A stretch of DNA of 61,243 bases, counting the filler, from Chthonomonadaceae bacterium (GTDB lineage: Bacteria; Armatimonadota; Chthonomonadetes; Chthonomonadales; Chthonomonadaceae): NCBI GenBank assembly GCA_035650735.1. It is 4 parts of 4 records of this genome, joined end to end, with 100 filler letters (N's around TTAATTAATTAA, not from the genome) between each part and the next. Parts side by side here need not be neighbours in the genome. Positions count along the whole stretch, not along the records: positions 24,662 to 44,504 come from DASRGZ010000138.1; positions 44,605 to 57,545 come from DASRGZ010000144.1; 2 more parts are not named here. One strand, given 5' to 3'. Both the position numbers and the translations under genes were made by a program. The notes beneath the pieces were generated by a model that was given only the letters and a program-made list of their open reading frames with translations, searched no databases and was not told the origin of the DNA. Below are positions 39,209 through 47,896 of the stretch, in pieces; the first letter of the stretch is position 1, and each line of letters starts with the position of its first letter.

Positions 39209-39682
39209 ATGCCGGTGAACGAACCTCACTTTTCGGAGGTCGCTCTGACGCCGTCGGCAGCCGGGGAGGCGCGCGTCATCCTTGCCGTGGATCCGGGCAG
39301 CGCCAAATGCGGCGTTGCCGTCGTGCGCTCGGATGGGGTTGTGCTGTTTCGGGCTATCATGACGGTAGATAGCCTGGTGGAGGAGGCGCGCGCCCTGGTC
39401 GCCCGTTTCCGGCCCCTGGCGCTGCTGGTGGGCGGGGGAACCGGCTCCGGGACGCTGCTGCGCGCCCTGGAGGCCGCCCGGTTACCGGTGCCGGTGCGCC
39501 GTGTGGATGAGGCGCATACCTCGGAGGCGGCGCGCGCCCGCTTTGTGGCGGAGAATCCGGCGCGCGGCTGGCAGCGGCTGTTGCCCCGCAGCCTGCGCAC
39601 GCCCTGGTGCCCCTACGACGACTATGTCGCCATCATTCTCGCCGAGCGCTATTGGAACGCGGAAGCTGGCGGACTCCCCTGA
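39209..39682 (+). CDS. YqgF/RuvX-like RNase H-fold nuclease
   Basis: LAVDPGSAKCGVAV, GGGTGS, VDEAHTSEAAR, DDYVAIILAERY. Confidence 0.85.
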   Translation: MPVNEPHFSEVALTPSAAGEARVILAVDPGSAKCGVAVVRSDGVVLFRAIMTVDSLVEEARALVARFRPLALLVGGGTGSGTLLRALEAARLPVPVRRVDEAHTSEAARARFVAENPARGWQRLLPRSLRTPWCPYDDYVAIILAERYWNAEAGGLP

Positions 39683-39753
39683 ACTGCCCGCTGTGCCTGC
39701 ATCCCGCAAAGCGCTTTTGTTGCTGCTCTTGCCGAGGGAATCCCAATAGAGGA

Positions 39754-39781
39754 GGAACCTTTTGTCGCTTGCTATCGTCTA
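39754..39781 (+). promoter_or_regulatory. ECF-sigma-type promoter
   Basis: GGAACC-N16-CGTCTA. Confidence 0.6.
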
Positions 39782-39787
39782 CCGCAT

Positions 39788-40100
39788 GGATAGCGTGATG
39801 AGGCGTCTCGCGGAAAAATCAATAAAACGAGACGGCCGGGTGTCACTGCTTTCCCTGCCGTCTCGGAGCATTTACGGCCGAATGTGGCAGCGGGCTGAAT
39901 CTTACGTCATGGCAAGAGAGCCCGCCGCTCGCGCGTAAATGCAACGATGAGACGGCAGAAGGCCGTTATGGGTTCCCCTGTTATCACAGGCAGTACAATG
40001 TGAGGGATGAGGACGCAGCGCCGCCCCGAGCCAATGCAAGAGTTCTGTGCAAGTGATGAGGCCGCAGAAACCAGCTTCTGGTGTTTCTGCGGCCTTTGTT
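39788..40100 (+). ncRNA. Candidate ~310-nt structured non-coding RNA
   Basis: Lies between the ECF-type promoter and a terminator; long nested stems at 39855-39958; no ORF with an RBS. Confidence 0.5.
40059..40100 (+). terminator. Intrinsic terminator
   Basis: 13-bp stem AGGCCGCAGAAAC / GTTTCTGCGGCCT followed by TTGTT. Confidence 0.7.
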
Positions 40101-40132
40101 CTGCCAGGAAGGCTCTTTTGCGCCTACTTAAT

Positions 40133-40660
40133 AGACCTCACCCCCGTCCCCTCTCCTTCTAAAGGAGAGGGGAGAGGACTTCACTCTCAGGTACTTCGGT
40201 TCTGCCTGATCTCCCCTCATCCCCGTCCCTTCTCCCTGCAAGGCAGAAGGGGGAAGAGAAGCCAACTCTGTCTCTCCCCTCCCCCAATTCTAGGGGAGGG
40301 GATAAAGGGGTGGGGGCCGCTCCCCTCTGCCGCAGCGTGGATCGCAAGGCGGAGGCCCGAACCATGGCAGGGCCGACCCTTGCAGTAGGGGTTGGGGGTG
40401 AGGGCCACAACCATCTCAAGTTGGGTCACCCCCTTCCCTCGTAGGGTCGCAAGGCGGAGGGCTGTGGCAAGGCGGAGGCAGGGGCCCTAACCCTGCCGAC
40501 GGCCAGTATTCGCAACCCTTCCACCTTAGATGTTGATGTCGTAAGGCGGAGGCAGGGGCCGTAACCCTGCCGACCCTGGCAGTCCATTGCAGGCCCGACC
40601 CTGGCAGTGGTGCGAGCGTGCGCAGCACCGATCCTAGCAGTGGGGGACGGGGGGTTAGGT
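40133..40660. repeat. Large composite repeat cluster
   Basis: Several CCCCTCTCC/GGAGAGGGG palindromes plus GCAAGGCGGAGG and CCGACCCT(G/T/A)GCAGT units; 40540-40660 nearly identical to 45027-45148. Confidence 0.85.
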
Positions 40661-42022
40661 CAGCCAGTGGAGCAGCAGCGAGGCCAGCCAGAGGAACACG
40701 CCGAAGCCGATCACATCCTGAAAGGCGGTCTCAAACGGCCCGGCGGTGGTCGCCGGGTCGAAGCCGAGGCGCTTGGAGATCATCGGAATGATGGTTCCCA
40801 TGAAGCCTGCCGTCAGCATCGAGCAGGTCAGCGCGCCGCCAATCACCAGCCCGAACGTCAGGCGATGCGACCAGATCGCCCCGGTCACGCCCAGCAGGAT
40901 GCCGCAGGCAAACGCCATCAGCAGCGAGGTCGCCAGCTCCTTGGCCACCGGACGCCACCAGGAGGTCAGGCTGACGTGGCCCGTATCCAATCCGCGCACG
41001 ACGATGGCGGCAGCTTGCAGCCCCACGTTGCCGGAGATAGCCGAGATCACCGGCATGAACGAGGCCAGCAGCATGACCTGCTTGAGCACGTTGTCGAAGT
41101 GGGCGATGATCAGCCCGGCCATCAGCTCGATCAGCATGGTGCCCAGAAGCCAGGGCAGGCGCAGGCGGGCCACCTGCGCCGGAGTGCGCCGCTCCATCTC
41201 CTCGGCGTCCGAGCCCACCAGGCGCAGGTAATCCTCGTTGAACTCCTCCACGAGAACATCAATGACATCATCCACCGTGACGATCCCCTGCATGCGGCCC
41301 GCCGCGTCCACCACCGGCACCGCCAGCAGGTCGTAGCGGGAGATGAGCCGCGCCACCTCCTGCTGGTCGGTCTCCGGCGAGACCGCGATGAGGTCGGTGA
41401 TCATGAACTCCCGGATCGGCCGATTCAGGGGCGCCACCAGCACGTCGCGCAGGGAGGAGACGCCAACCAGCCGCTCGCCGCCGTTGAGCACATAGACGAT
41501 GTTGACGGTTTCCAGGACATCGGCGTTGCGGCGCAGATAGTCGAGCGTCTGGGCGGCGGTGGTGTCCGGCGAGACGACGGCAAACTTGTCGGTCATCAGG
41601 CGCCCCGCCGTCTGCTCGGGATACGAGAGAAGCTCGCGCACCTCCTCCGCGTCGGCGCGGGGCAGAGCGGCCAGCAGCGGCCCGGCCTCCGCCGAACCAA
41701 GCTCCGAGACGACCTCCGCCGCATCGTCCATCGGCAAGATGTCCAGCAGCGAGACCATGCGGTCGTGCGGCGAGTTCTCCGTCAGGTAGCGGGCGGTTTC
41801 CGTGGAGACCTCATCCAGCACCTCGGCGGCCCGCTCGGCATCTAAATGCGCGAAGACGATCAGCGCTTCCGGCAGCGTCAGCTCCTCCAGGATGAAGGCG
41901 ATGTCGGAGGGATGCAGCTCCTGAAGAAGCGCCGTCAGGGTGGCCGCCAGGGCCGGCCCTGTCTCGCGGTCCAGTGCCTGCCGCACGCGCTCGATGATCG
42001 GTTCCGTCGTGATGACTCGCAT
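40655..42022 (-). CDS. mgtE: Magnesium transporter
   Basis: N-domain, YPEQTAGRLMT, CBS pair, GIVTVDDVID, RLPWL, GNVGLQ, DPATTAGPF. Confidence 0.95.
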   Translation of the reverse strand: MRVITTEPIIERVRQALDRETGPALAATLTALLQELHPSDIAFILEELTLPEALIVFAHLDAERAAEVLDEVSTETARYLTENSPHDRMVSLLDILPMDDAAEVVSELGSAEAGPLLAALPRADAEEVRELLSYPEQTAGRLMTDKFAVVSPDTTAAQTLDYLRRNADVLETVNIVYVLNGGERLVGVSSLRDVLVAPLNRPIREFMITDLIAVSPETDQQEVARLISRYDLLAVPVVDAAGRMQGIVTVDDVIDVLVEEFNEDYLRLVGSDAEEMERRTPAQVARLRLPWLLGTMLIELMAGLIIAHFDNVLKQVMLLASFMPVISAISGNVGLQAAAIVVRGLDTGHVSLTSWWRPVAKELATSLLMAFACGILLGVTGAIWSHRLTFGLVIGGALTCSMLTAGFMGTIIPMISKRLGFDPATTAGPFETAFQDVIGFGVFLWLASLLLHWLT

Positions 42023-42231
42023 GGTCGTGTCCTTTCCCTCCCCTCCGCAGACGCCCGACTCCGGGCGCGGCGCACAACCGGGCACGTCCGGGGCGTTCGC
42101 GGGGCGTGCGGATGAAAGCGTGATCTACTTTTAGGCCGGAAAGGAACGAAGGAGGAGGAAAAGAAGGAGGGGACCTCCCGCTTCCACCGTGGGCCGGGGC
42201 GGCCTGGCGGAAGCAGAGGCGAGGAGTCGCC

Positions 42232-42297
42232 TTAGCGTCCGAGGCGCAGGCCGGGCGGCCTATCGTTCCTGCCGCGTTCGTGACTGTCGTCTGACAT
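42232..42297 (-). CDS. Candidate 21-aa leader peptide upstream of mgtE (MSDDSHERGRNDRPPGLRLGR)
   Basis: AAGGATGGA upstream of ATG; lies between the promoter and mgtE; followed by a hairpin and a pyrimidine tract. Confidence 0.45.
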   Translation of the reverse strand: MSDDSHERGRNDRPPGLRLGR

Positions 42298-42352
42298 GGA
42301 CTCTATCCATCCTTGCGCTGCCGGGGTAAGATTACAAACGCAGCGCCGTGTC

Positions 42353-42382
42353 ATTATATCCCCCTTCTCTGCGCTCTGTCAA
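42353..42382 (-). promoter_or_regulatory. Consensus sigma70 promoter for mgtE, giving a ~325-nt leader
   Basis: Minus strand TTGACA-N18-TATAAT. Confidence 0.75.
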
Positions 42383-42611
42383 CCCGGACAGCGGTACTTT
42401 GCGCGCTTTTTCTCGGTTGGCTGCGCGCGCCTTTTTCCTGACGCGCCGGTTGGCAACTTTGTTCGCCAAAATCAGGGATTCGGCCAGAGCGCAAACATAC
42501 CAACGACGAATTCGATACTCCAGCACTCAGCCGGGATGGACAGCCGGCCCAAAATCCGTTACAATAGAGCGGCCCGACATACGGGGCTATTTCCCTTTTC
42601 TGGTGGCACGC

Positions 42612-43619
42612 ATGACCGGACCGTCCCGAACGCTGCGCGAACTGCCCACCCTCCTTCTGCTGCTGGTCGTGGGCGCGCTGATGGCCGCGCCCATTCCCGA
42701 TCTGCATCTGCCGGGCCGGCTGGGCGCCTTCCTGGCGTCCTGGCACAATATCTCCACGGCCTTTCGTTCGCCCGGCAACCTAACCACCCTAGGGCAAAAC
42801 GCGGCGTTCATCGGCATCATGGCCTGCGGCGAGGGCCTGGTCATCCTCAGCGGTGGCCTGGATCTGTCGGTCGGCTCTATCCTGGCGCTGGCTAGTTGTC
42901 TGACCGCAATGGCGCTGGCCGCCAACTGGGCCTGGCCACTGGCAGCGCTGGCCGGGCTGGCGGCGGGCGCACTGGCCGGAGCCTTCAACGGCGCGTTCAT
43001 CACCTATCGCCGCCAGCCACCCATCCTGACCACGCTCGCCACGCTGCTGCTGTTCCGCTACGGCGTCAGCATCCTGTCCCATGCCCGCAACTACGGCCCC
43101 TTCCCGGCAGAGTTCAACCGCATCGGCGCTGGCTGGACGCCCGCCGTCCTGTTCGTCCTAGTCACGGCGCTGTTTGTGGTGGCAATGCTGCGGACGCCCT
43201 TCGGGCGCTGGGCCATCGCCGTGGGGGGCAGCGAACTGGCGGCGCGACTCTCGGGCGTGCCGGTAGACCGGGTGAAACGCGCAACCTATCTGCTTTCCGG
43301 GCTGTGCGCGGGCCTGGCCGGGCTGATCACCATGGCCTTCAACAACAACACGCAGTCCACCGCCGGGCAGGGCTACGAGTTGGACGTGATCGCCGCCTGC
43401 GTCGTCGGGGGCGTGCGGATCACGGGCGGCGACGGCACGGTCCTGGGCGCGGCGCTGGGCGCACTGCTGATCGCCCTGCTGCGCGACGCCCTGATCCTGA
43501 CGGGCCGTCCGGTAGAGCAGTACGGCCTGTTTACTGGCGCGGTCATCCTGGCGGCGGCGGCTCTGGAGCAGTGGCGCGTCTGGCGGCAGGAGCGGCGCCG
43601 ACAAGCCAGCGCCGGTTGA
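42612..43619 (+). CDS. RbsC-type sugar ABC transporter permease
   Basis: GGLDLSVGS, RTPFGR, AVGGSELAARLSG, YELDVIAACVVGG. Confidence 0.92.
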   Translation: MTGPSRTLRELPTLLLLLVVGALMAAPIPDLHLPGRLGAFLASWHNISTAFRSPGNLTTLGQNAAFIGIMACGEGLVILSGGLDLSVGSILALASCLTAMALAANWAWPLAALAGLAAGALAGAFNGAFITYRRQPPILTTLATLLLFRYGVSILSHARNYGPFPAEFNRIGAGWTPAVLFVLVTALFVVAMLRTPFGRWAIAVGGSELAARLSGVPVDRVKRATYLLSGLCAGLAGLITMAFNNNTQSTAGQGYELDVIAACVVGGVRITGGDGTVLGAALGALLIALLRDALILTGRPVEQYGLFTGAVILAAAALEQWRVWRQERRRQASAG

Positions 43620-43634
43620 TCCAGGGACGGAGCC

Positions 43635-44279
43635 ATGAACCCATTGACTCGGGGCCGCGTCGCGGCCATCATTCTGGCGGCGGGCAGGTCGCAGCGCATG
43701 GGGCGGCTCAAGCCGCTGCTGCCCTTCGGCGAGAAGCCCCTGCTGGCGCGGGTGATTGAAACGCTCGTTACGGCGCAAAATATCTCTCCGATTTTCGTTG
43801 TCACCGGCCATGCCGCGCAGGAAATCGCTGCCGCCGTCGGTGAATATAACATTCGGCTTGTACATAATGCGAACTATGCGGCGGGCGAAATGCTCTCTTC
43901 GGTGCAGGCGGGCGTGCGCGCGCTTCCTGCCGACTGCGCCGCCTTCTTTCTGGTGTTGGGCGATCAGCCGATGGTGCAGCCGGAAACCTTCCGGGCGCTG
44001 CTCTCTGCCTGGCGTCAGAGCGATGCGCCCCTGGTGGCGCCGACCTTTGAGGGCAGGCGCGGGCACCCTGTTCTGTTCTCCTCGCGTTGCGCTGCCGACA
44101 TCCTGGCCCTGCCCGTCGGAGAGACCTTGAAAACGGTCGTCGCCCGCTATGCCGCCCAACGGCGGGAAGTCCCCGTCTCCGACCCGGCCATCCTGGCCGA
44201 CGTGGACACCCCGGAGGACTACGCGCGCGCCCTGCGGCTCTGGCAAGACCAGACCGAACAATACGGCAGTGGGGAGTAG
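43635..44279 (+). CDS. MocA/MobA-like nucleotidyltransferase (molybdenum cofactor cytidylyltransferase-like)
   Basis: ILAAGRSQRMGRLK, LGDQP, GHPVLF, DVDTPEDY. Confidence 0.88.
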   Translation: MNPLTRGRVAAIILAAGRSQRMGRLKPLLPFGEKPLLARVIETLVTAQNISPIFVVTGHAAQEIAAAVGEYNIRLVHNANYAAGEMLSSVQAGVRALPADCAAFFLVLGDQPMVQPETFRALLSAWRQSDAPLVAPTFEGRRGHPVLFSSRCAADILALPVGETLKTVVARYAAQRREVPVSDPAILADVDTPEDYARALRLWQDQTEQYGSGE

Positions 44280-44351
44280 GATCAAAACCTTTGACCCTCT
44301 CAATCGGTGCTCTGCCCGCGAATGTGCCGCCAGGAGGAGGCCCGACCCTGA

Positions 44352-44504
44352 AGCGGCAGGCTAAACCCTGCCGCTCGGGGGCGCAAAGCGCCCGTCGCCC
44401 ACCTACGTGGGCGAAAAAGGTGTTTTGCCCGCGTAGGTGTCGCTAGGCAGAGCCGTGTCGCAAGGTGTCGCAAGGCGGAGGCAAGGGCCGTAACCTTGCC
44501 GACC
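44352..44504. repeat. Composite repeat at contig end
   Basis: GCGGCAGGCTAAACCCTGCCGC and GTCGCAAGGCGGAGGCAAGGGCCGTAACC units. Confidence 0.75.
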
Positions 44505-44604
44505 NNNNNNNNNNNNNNNNNNNNNNNNNNNNNNNNNNNNNNNNNNNNTTAATTAATTAANNNNNNNNNNNNNNNNNNNNNNNNNNNNNNNNNNNNNNNN
44601 NNNN
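44505..44604. other. Artificial contig linker
   Basis: N-run, TTAATTAATTAA, N-run. Confidence 0.98.
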
Positions 44605-44799
44605 GGCGAAGTGCGCGTGGGCAATAACGTTATTCTGGGCGCCAACGCGGTGGTCAACCGGGACATCCCCGATAACTGCGTGGCCGCCGGGGTTCCGGCG
44701 CGCGTGCTGCGAACCATTCCCCCTGGCTCGCTAAACGCGCTGGCCGGATCATTAAATGCCGAGGGAGAGGGGAGAGACCTCACTCCCGTTCCCTCTTAA
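44605..44799 (+). CDS. C-terminal fragment of a hexapeptide-repeat acyltransferase
   Basis: VRVGNNVILGANAVVNRDIPDNCVAAGVPARV; 5' end lost at the contig start. Confidence 0.8.
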   Translation, partial: GEVRVGNNVILGANAVVNRDIPDNCVAAGVPARVLRTIPPGSLNALAGSLNAEGEGRDLTPVPS

Positions 44800-45150
44800 C
44801 CTAACCCCCGTCCCCCTTCCCTACCCGCTCGTACCTCGCTAGGGAAGGGAGGGACCCATCTTGAGATGGTTGTGGCCCTCACCCCCAACCTCTCTCCCAA
44901 TTCTAGGGGAGAGGAGAAGCCGGGTCACCCTCTTCCCTCGCAGGGTCGCTAGGTGTCGCAAGGCGGAGGCAGGGCTTCGATCTGCGCCCCCTCGACGGCG
45001 AGCTTGCAGTCGCAAGGCGGAGGGCTGTGGCAAGGCGGAGGCAGGGGCCGTAACCCTGCCGACCCTGGCAGTCCATTGTAGGGCCGACCCTGGCAGTGGT
45101 GCGAGCGTGCGCAGTTCCGACCCTAGCAGTGGGGGACGGGGGTTAGGTGA
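44757..45150. repeat. Composite repeat cluster
   Basis: Same units as 1-340 and 40133-40660. Confidence 0.85.
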
Positions 45151-45193
45151 AGCATGAGGGGCGGAGGCTATTTTGATTTATGTTTGCGGTAAA

Positions 45194-45209
45194 TGGCATG
45201 GAACGTGCA
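45194..45209 (+). promoter_or_regulatory. Sigma54-like site upstream of a GT4 gene
   Basis: TGGCAT-GGAAC-GTGCA, GG-N10-GC spacing. Confidence 0.45.
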
Positions 45210-45277
45210 AACAAGCGTTTCGGGCAGAAAGCTGCGCTCAACAGAGGCGGCTGCCCGCACGATTGAGTTGAAAACCT

Positions 45278-46381
45278 ATGGATAAGCGCCTTTTGATAAT
45301 CGGCCCCTTGCCGCCGCCCTATGGCGGCTATGCGCATCAGGTCGCCTCCTTCCTGCGGCACCCGTTCGCCGACGCCTTTACGCTCCTGCCTTACGACACG
45401 CGCCTCCACGATGCCGTCGAGACGCGCCCGCTGCTTCCGGTCCTGGGGCGCGCGGCCCGGCAGGTCGCCGTGTTCCGGCCATTCCTGGCGGCCAACCGGC
45501 CCGATAGGGTTGTGCTGTTTACGGCCCTGACCGGATGCTTCTGGCGCGACTTGTTGCTGCTGCGCCGCTGCTATCGGGCGGGCCTGCCGACGATCATCAA
45601 GCTGATCGGCGGCGACTCCACGCTGCGATTGGAGGCCCAGCCCGCGCCTCTAAAACGGCTCGCCCTCGCCCACCTCGCCCGCGCCGCCGCCATCCTGGTC
45701 GAGACGGAGGAGATGGTAAAGCACCTGAGCCAACTCCTCCCCAACACGCGCGCCTACCGCTTCCCCAACTTCATCCATAGCGAGGATGTCCCGGCGCGAC
45801 CCAAGCAAACGCGCCCGGACGGGCCGCTCGGCGTGATCTATTTTGGCAATATGACGCCGACTAAAGGCGTGGAGACGATCCTAGCCGGCGTGGATAAGGT
45901 CTGCGACCGGCAGGAGACGACCTTCCACTTTGTCGGCGGGGAGCTGGAGCCCGGCTACCTGGAGCGCTTCCGCGCGCGCGTCTGCCAGTTGCGCCATGCC
46001 GACTGCGTACAGGTTCATGGCCGCTTGCCGCGTGAGAGGGCCCACGCCCTGGCCGGTGCATGCCAGATATTTGCCTTCCCGACGCAATGGCCGGGCGAGG
46101 GACAGCCCGCCGCGCTCGTCGAGGCCATGAGCCTGGGGCTGGTGCCGGTCGCAACCCGCTGGCGGGGCGTCGCCGAGATCGTCCGTCACGAGCACAACGG
46201 CCTGGCCCTCCAGTCGCCCGACCCGGAGCTTCTCGCCAGAGCCATTCTCCGGCTGGGCCAGGACTGCGCCCTACGCGAACGGCTCGCTCAGAACGCGGTC
46301 GGCACCATCCAGAACGAATACGAGGCCCACGCGGCCCTTCAACTATTTCAGCAGATCATGGCGCAAGCCATCCCGGTATAG
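45278..46381 (+). CDS. Glycosyltransferase family 4
   Basis: GPLPPPYGG, KG, EGQPAALVEAMSLG (EX7E). Confidence 0.9.
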   Translation: MDKRLLIIGPLPPPYGGYAHQVASFLRHPFADAFTLLPYDTRLHDAVETRPLLPVLGRAARQVAVFRPFLAANRPDRVVLFTALTGCFWRDLLLLRRCYRAGLPTIIKLIGGDSTLRLEAQPAPLKRLALAHLARAAAILVETEEMVKHLSQLLPNTRAYRFPNFIHSEDVPARPKQTRPDGPLGVIYFGNMTPTKGVETILAGVDKVCDRQETTFHFVGGELEPGYLERFRARVCQLRHADCVQVHGRLPRERAHALAGACQIFAFPTQWPGEGQPAALVEAMSLGLVPVATRWRGVAEIVRHEHNGLALQSPDPELLARAILRLGQDCALRERLAQNAVGTIQNEYEAHAALQLFQQIMAQAIPV

Positions 46382-46390
46382 AAATCACCT

Positions 46391-47896
46391 ATGGACCCAA
46401 GAACCGTCAGCGCCTATCAGGCGGAAACAAGCCAATACCCATGCAGCGCGCCCTTCCACCCGGACCGGGCCTATCCGGAATACACGCTGGGCGCGCTCGC
46501 CCCGGAGCCAAACCACGTCTACCATGCCGTGCGCGAATGCTTCCGCGTGGCGGGCCTGGATGTCGAGCGTTTCGGCACGCCCGCCTGGAACCCGCTTGCC
46601 GACCTGCTTCGTCCCGGCGAAACCGTGCTGCTCAAGCCCAACCTGGTCAAAGAGTGCCACCCGCGCGACCCCGAAGGATGGCAGTATGTCCTCACGCACG
46701 GCAGCGTCATCCGCGCCGTCGCCGACTATGTCTGGAAGGCCCTGGAGGGCCGGGGCAAGGTGATCGTCGCCGACGCGCCCCAGACCGACTCCTCCTTCGC
46801 AAAGATACGCCAGGTCTTGCAGCTGGACGCCATTCGTGACCTCTACCGAAACGCCGGCCTGGACTTCGAGATCGTAGACCTGCGCCGCGAGGAGTACGTT
46901 AACAAGGACGGCGTTATCGTCGAGCGCACCGCCCTGCCGGGCGACCCCAACGGCTATATCGCCTACGACCTGGCCGACTCCAGCGAGTTCGTCAGCCACA
47001 ACGGCGGGGGCCGCTACTACGGCGCCGACTACGACGACGGCGAGGTCAACCGCCACCATACGGGCGGGCGGCACGAGTACCTGATCTCCGGCACGGCCAT
47101 CCTCCCGGACGTCGTCTTCAGCCTGCCCAAGCTCAAAACCCACAAGAAGGCGGGTATCACCGTCAGCCTCAAGAACCTGGTCGGCATCAACGGCGAGAAG
47201 AACTGGCTGCCCCACCACACGGAAGCTGGCGCCGACGACCCCGGCGATGAGCGCCCGCTCGTCAAAAAGGGCCGCGCGCCGGAGCGCCTGCTGGTGCGCC
47301 CCTTCCGGTATCTCTCCCTGCACAGCCCGATTATCGGCCCCTGGCTGCACCGGCAGGCTCGGCGCGTGGGCCGCAAGGTCTTCGGCGACACCGAGGAGGT
47401 GATCCGCAGCGGAAATTGGCACGGCAACGATACGATCTGGCGGATGTGCCTGGACCTCAATAAGATCATCTGCTACGGCAACCCGGATGGCACGCTCCGG
47501 CCCGACACGCCGGACAACCGCAAGCGCCACTATGCCCTGGTGGATGGCATCGTCGCGGGCGAAGGGCGCGGCCCGATGAATCCCGATCCGGTCCCGGCGG
47601 GCCTGATCCTCTTCGGCCTGAACTGCCCCAGCGTAGACGCCGCCTGCGCCTGGCTGATGGGCTTTGACCCGGACCGCATCCCCATCGTGCGCCAGGCGTT
47701 CCGCTGCCGCCACTTCCCCCTGGCCGAGTGGGATTGGCGAGATGTGCGCCTGGTCAGCAACCGCCCGGAGTGGAACCGCCCTCTGCCCGAGATCCCGGAC
47801 GCTTCCACCCTCCATTTCAAACCGCATTTCGGCTGGGTCGGGCACGTCGAGCGCCGGAAGGCCGCGCAGGAGGTCATTGCGCATGGCCGACCTTGA
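46391..47896 (+). CDS. DUF362 domain protein
   Basis: VLLKPNLV, SLPKLKTHKKAGITVSLKNLVG, DGIVAGEGRGP, LMGFDP. Confidence 0.88.
   Translation: MDPRTVSAYQAETSQYPCSAPFHPDRAYPEYTLGALAPEPNHVYHAVRECFRVAGLDVERFGTPAWNPLADLLRPGETVLLKPNLVKECHPRDPEGWQYVLTHGSVIRAVADYVWKALEGRGKVIVADAPQTDSSFAKIRQVLQLDAIRDLYRNAGLDFEIVDLRREEYVNKDGVIVERTALPGDPNGYIAYDLADSSEFVSHNGGGRYYGADYDDGEVNRHHTGGRHEYLISGTAILPDVVFSLPKLKTHKKAGITVSLKNLVGINGEKNWLPHHTEAGADDPGDERPLVKKGRAPERLLVRPFRYLSLHSPIIGPWLHRQARRVGRKVFGDTEEVIRSGNWHGNDTIWRMCLDLNKIICYGNPDGTLRPDTPDNRKRHYALVDGIVAGEGRGPMNPDPVPAGLILFGLNCPSVDAACAWLMGFDPDRIPIVRQAFRCRHFPLAEWDWRDVRLVSNRPEWNRPLPEIPDASTLHFKPHFGWVGHVERRKAAQEVIAHGRP

Noticed and set aside
39788..40100. Naming the candidate RNA as 6S, tmRNA, SRP or RNase P
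   Set aside because: No tRNA-like ends, SRP loop or RNase P core seen; the rod is 6S-like but the central bubble is unconvincing, so it is left unnamed
40047..40628. Short ORFs such as 40047-40388, 40159-40419 and 44861-45157
   Set aside because: Translations of palindromic repeats (PSP/GEG-rich), no coding evidence
42023..42350. M-box (ykoK) riboswitch upstream of mgtE
   Set aside because: I could not find its conserved sequence blocks by eye; a covariance search is needed for firm exclusion
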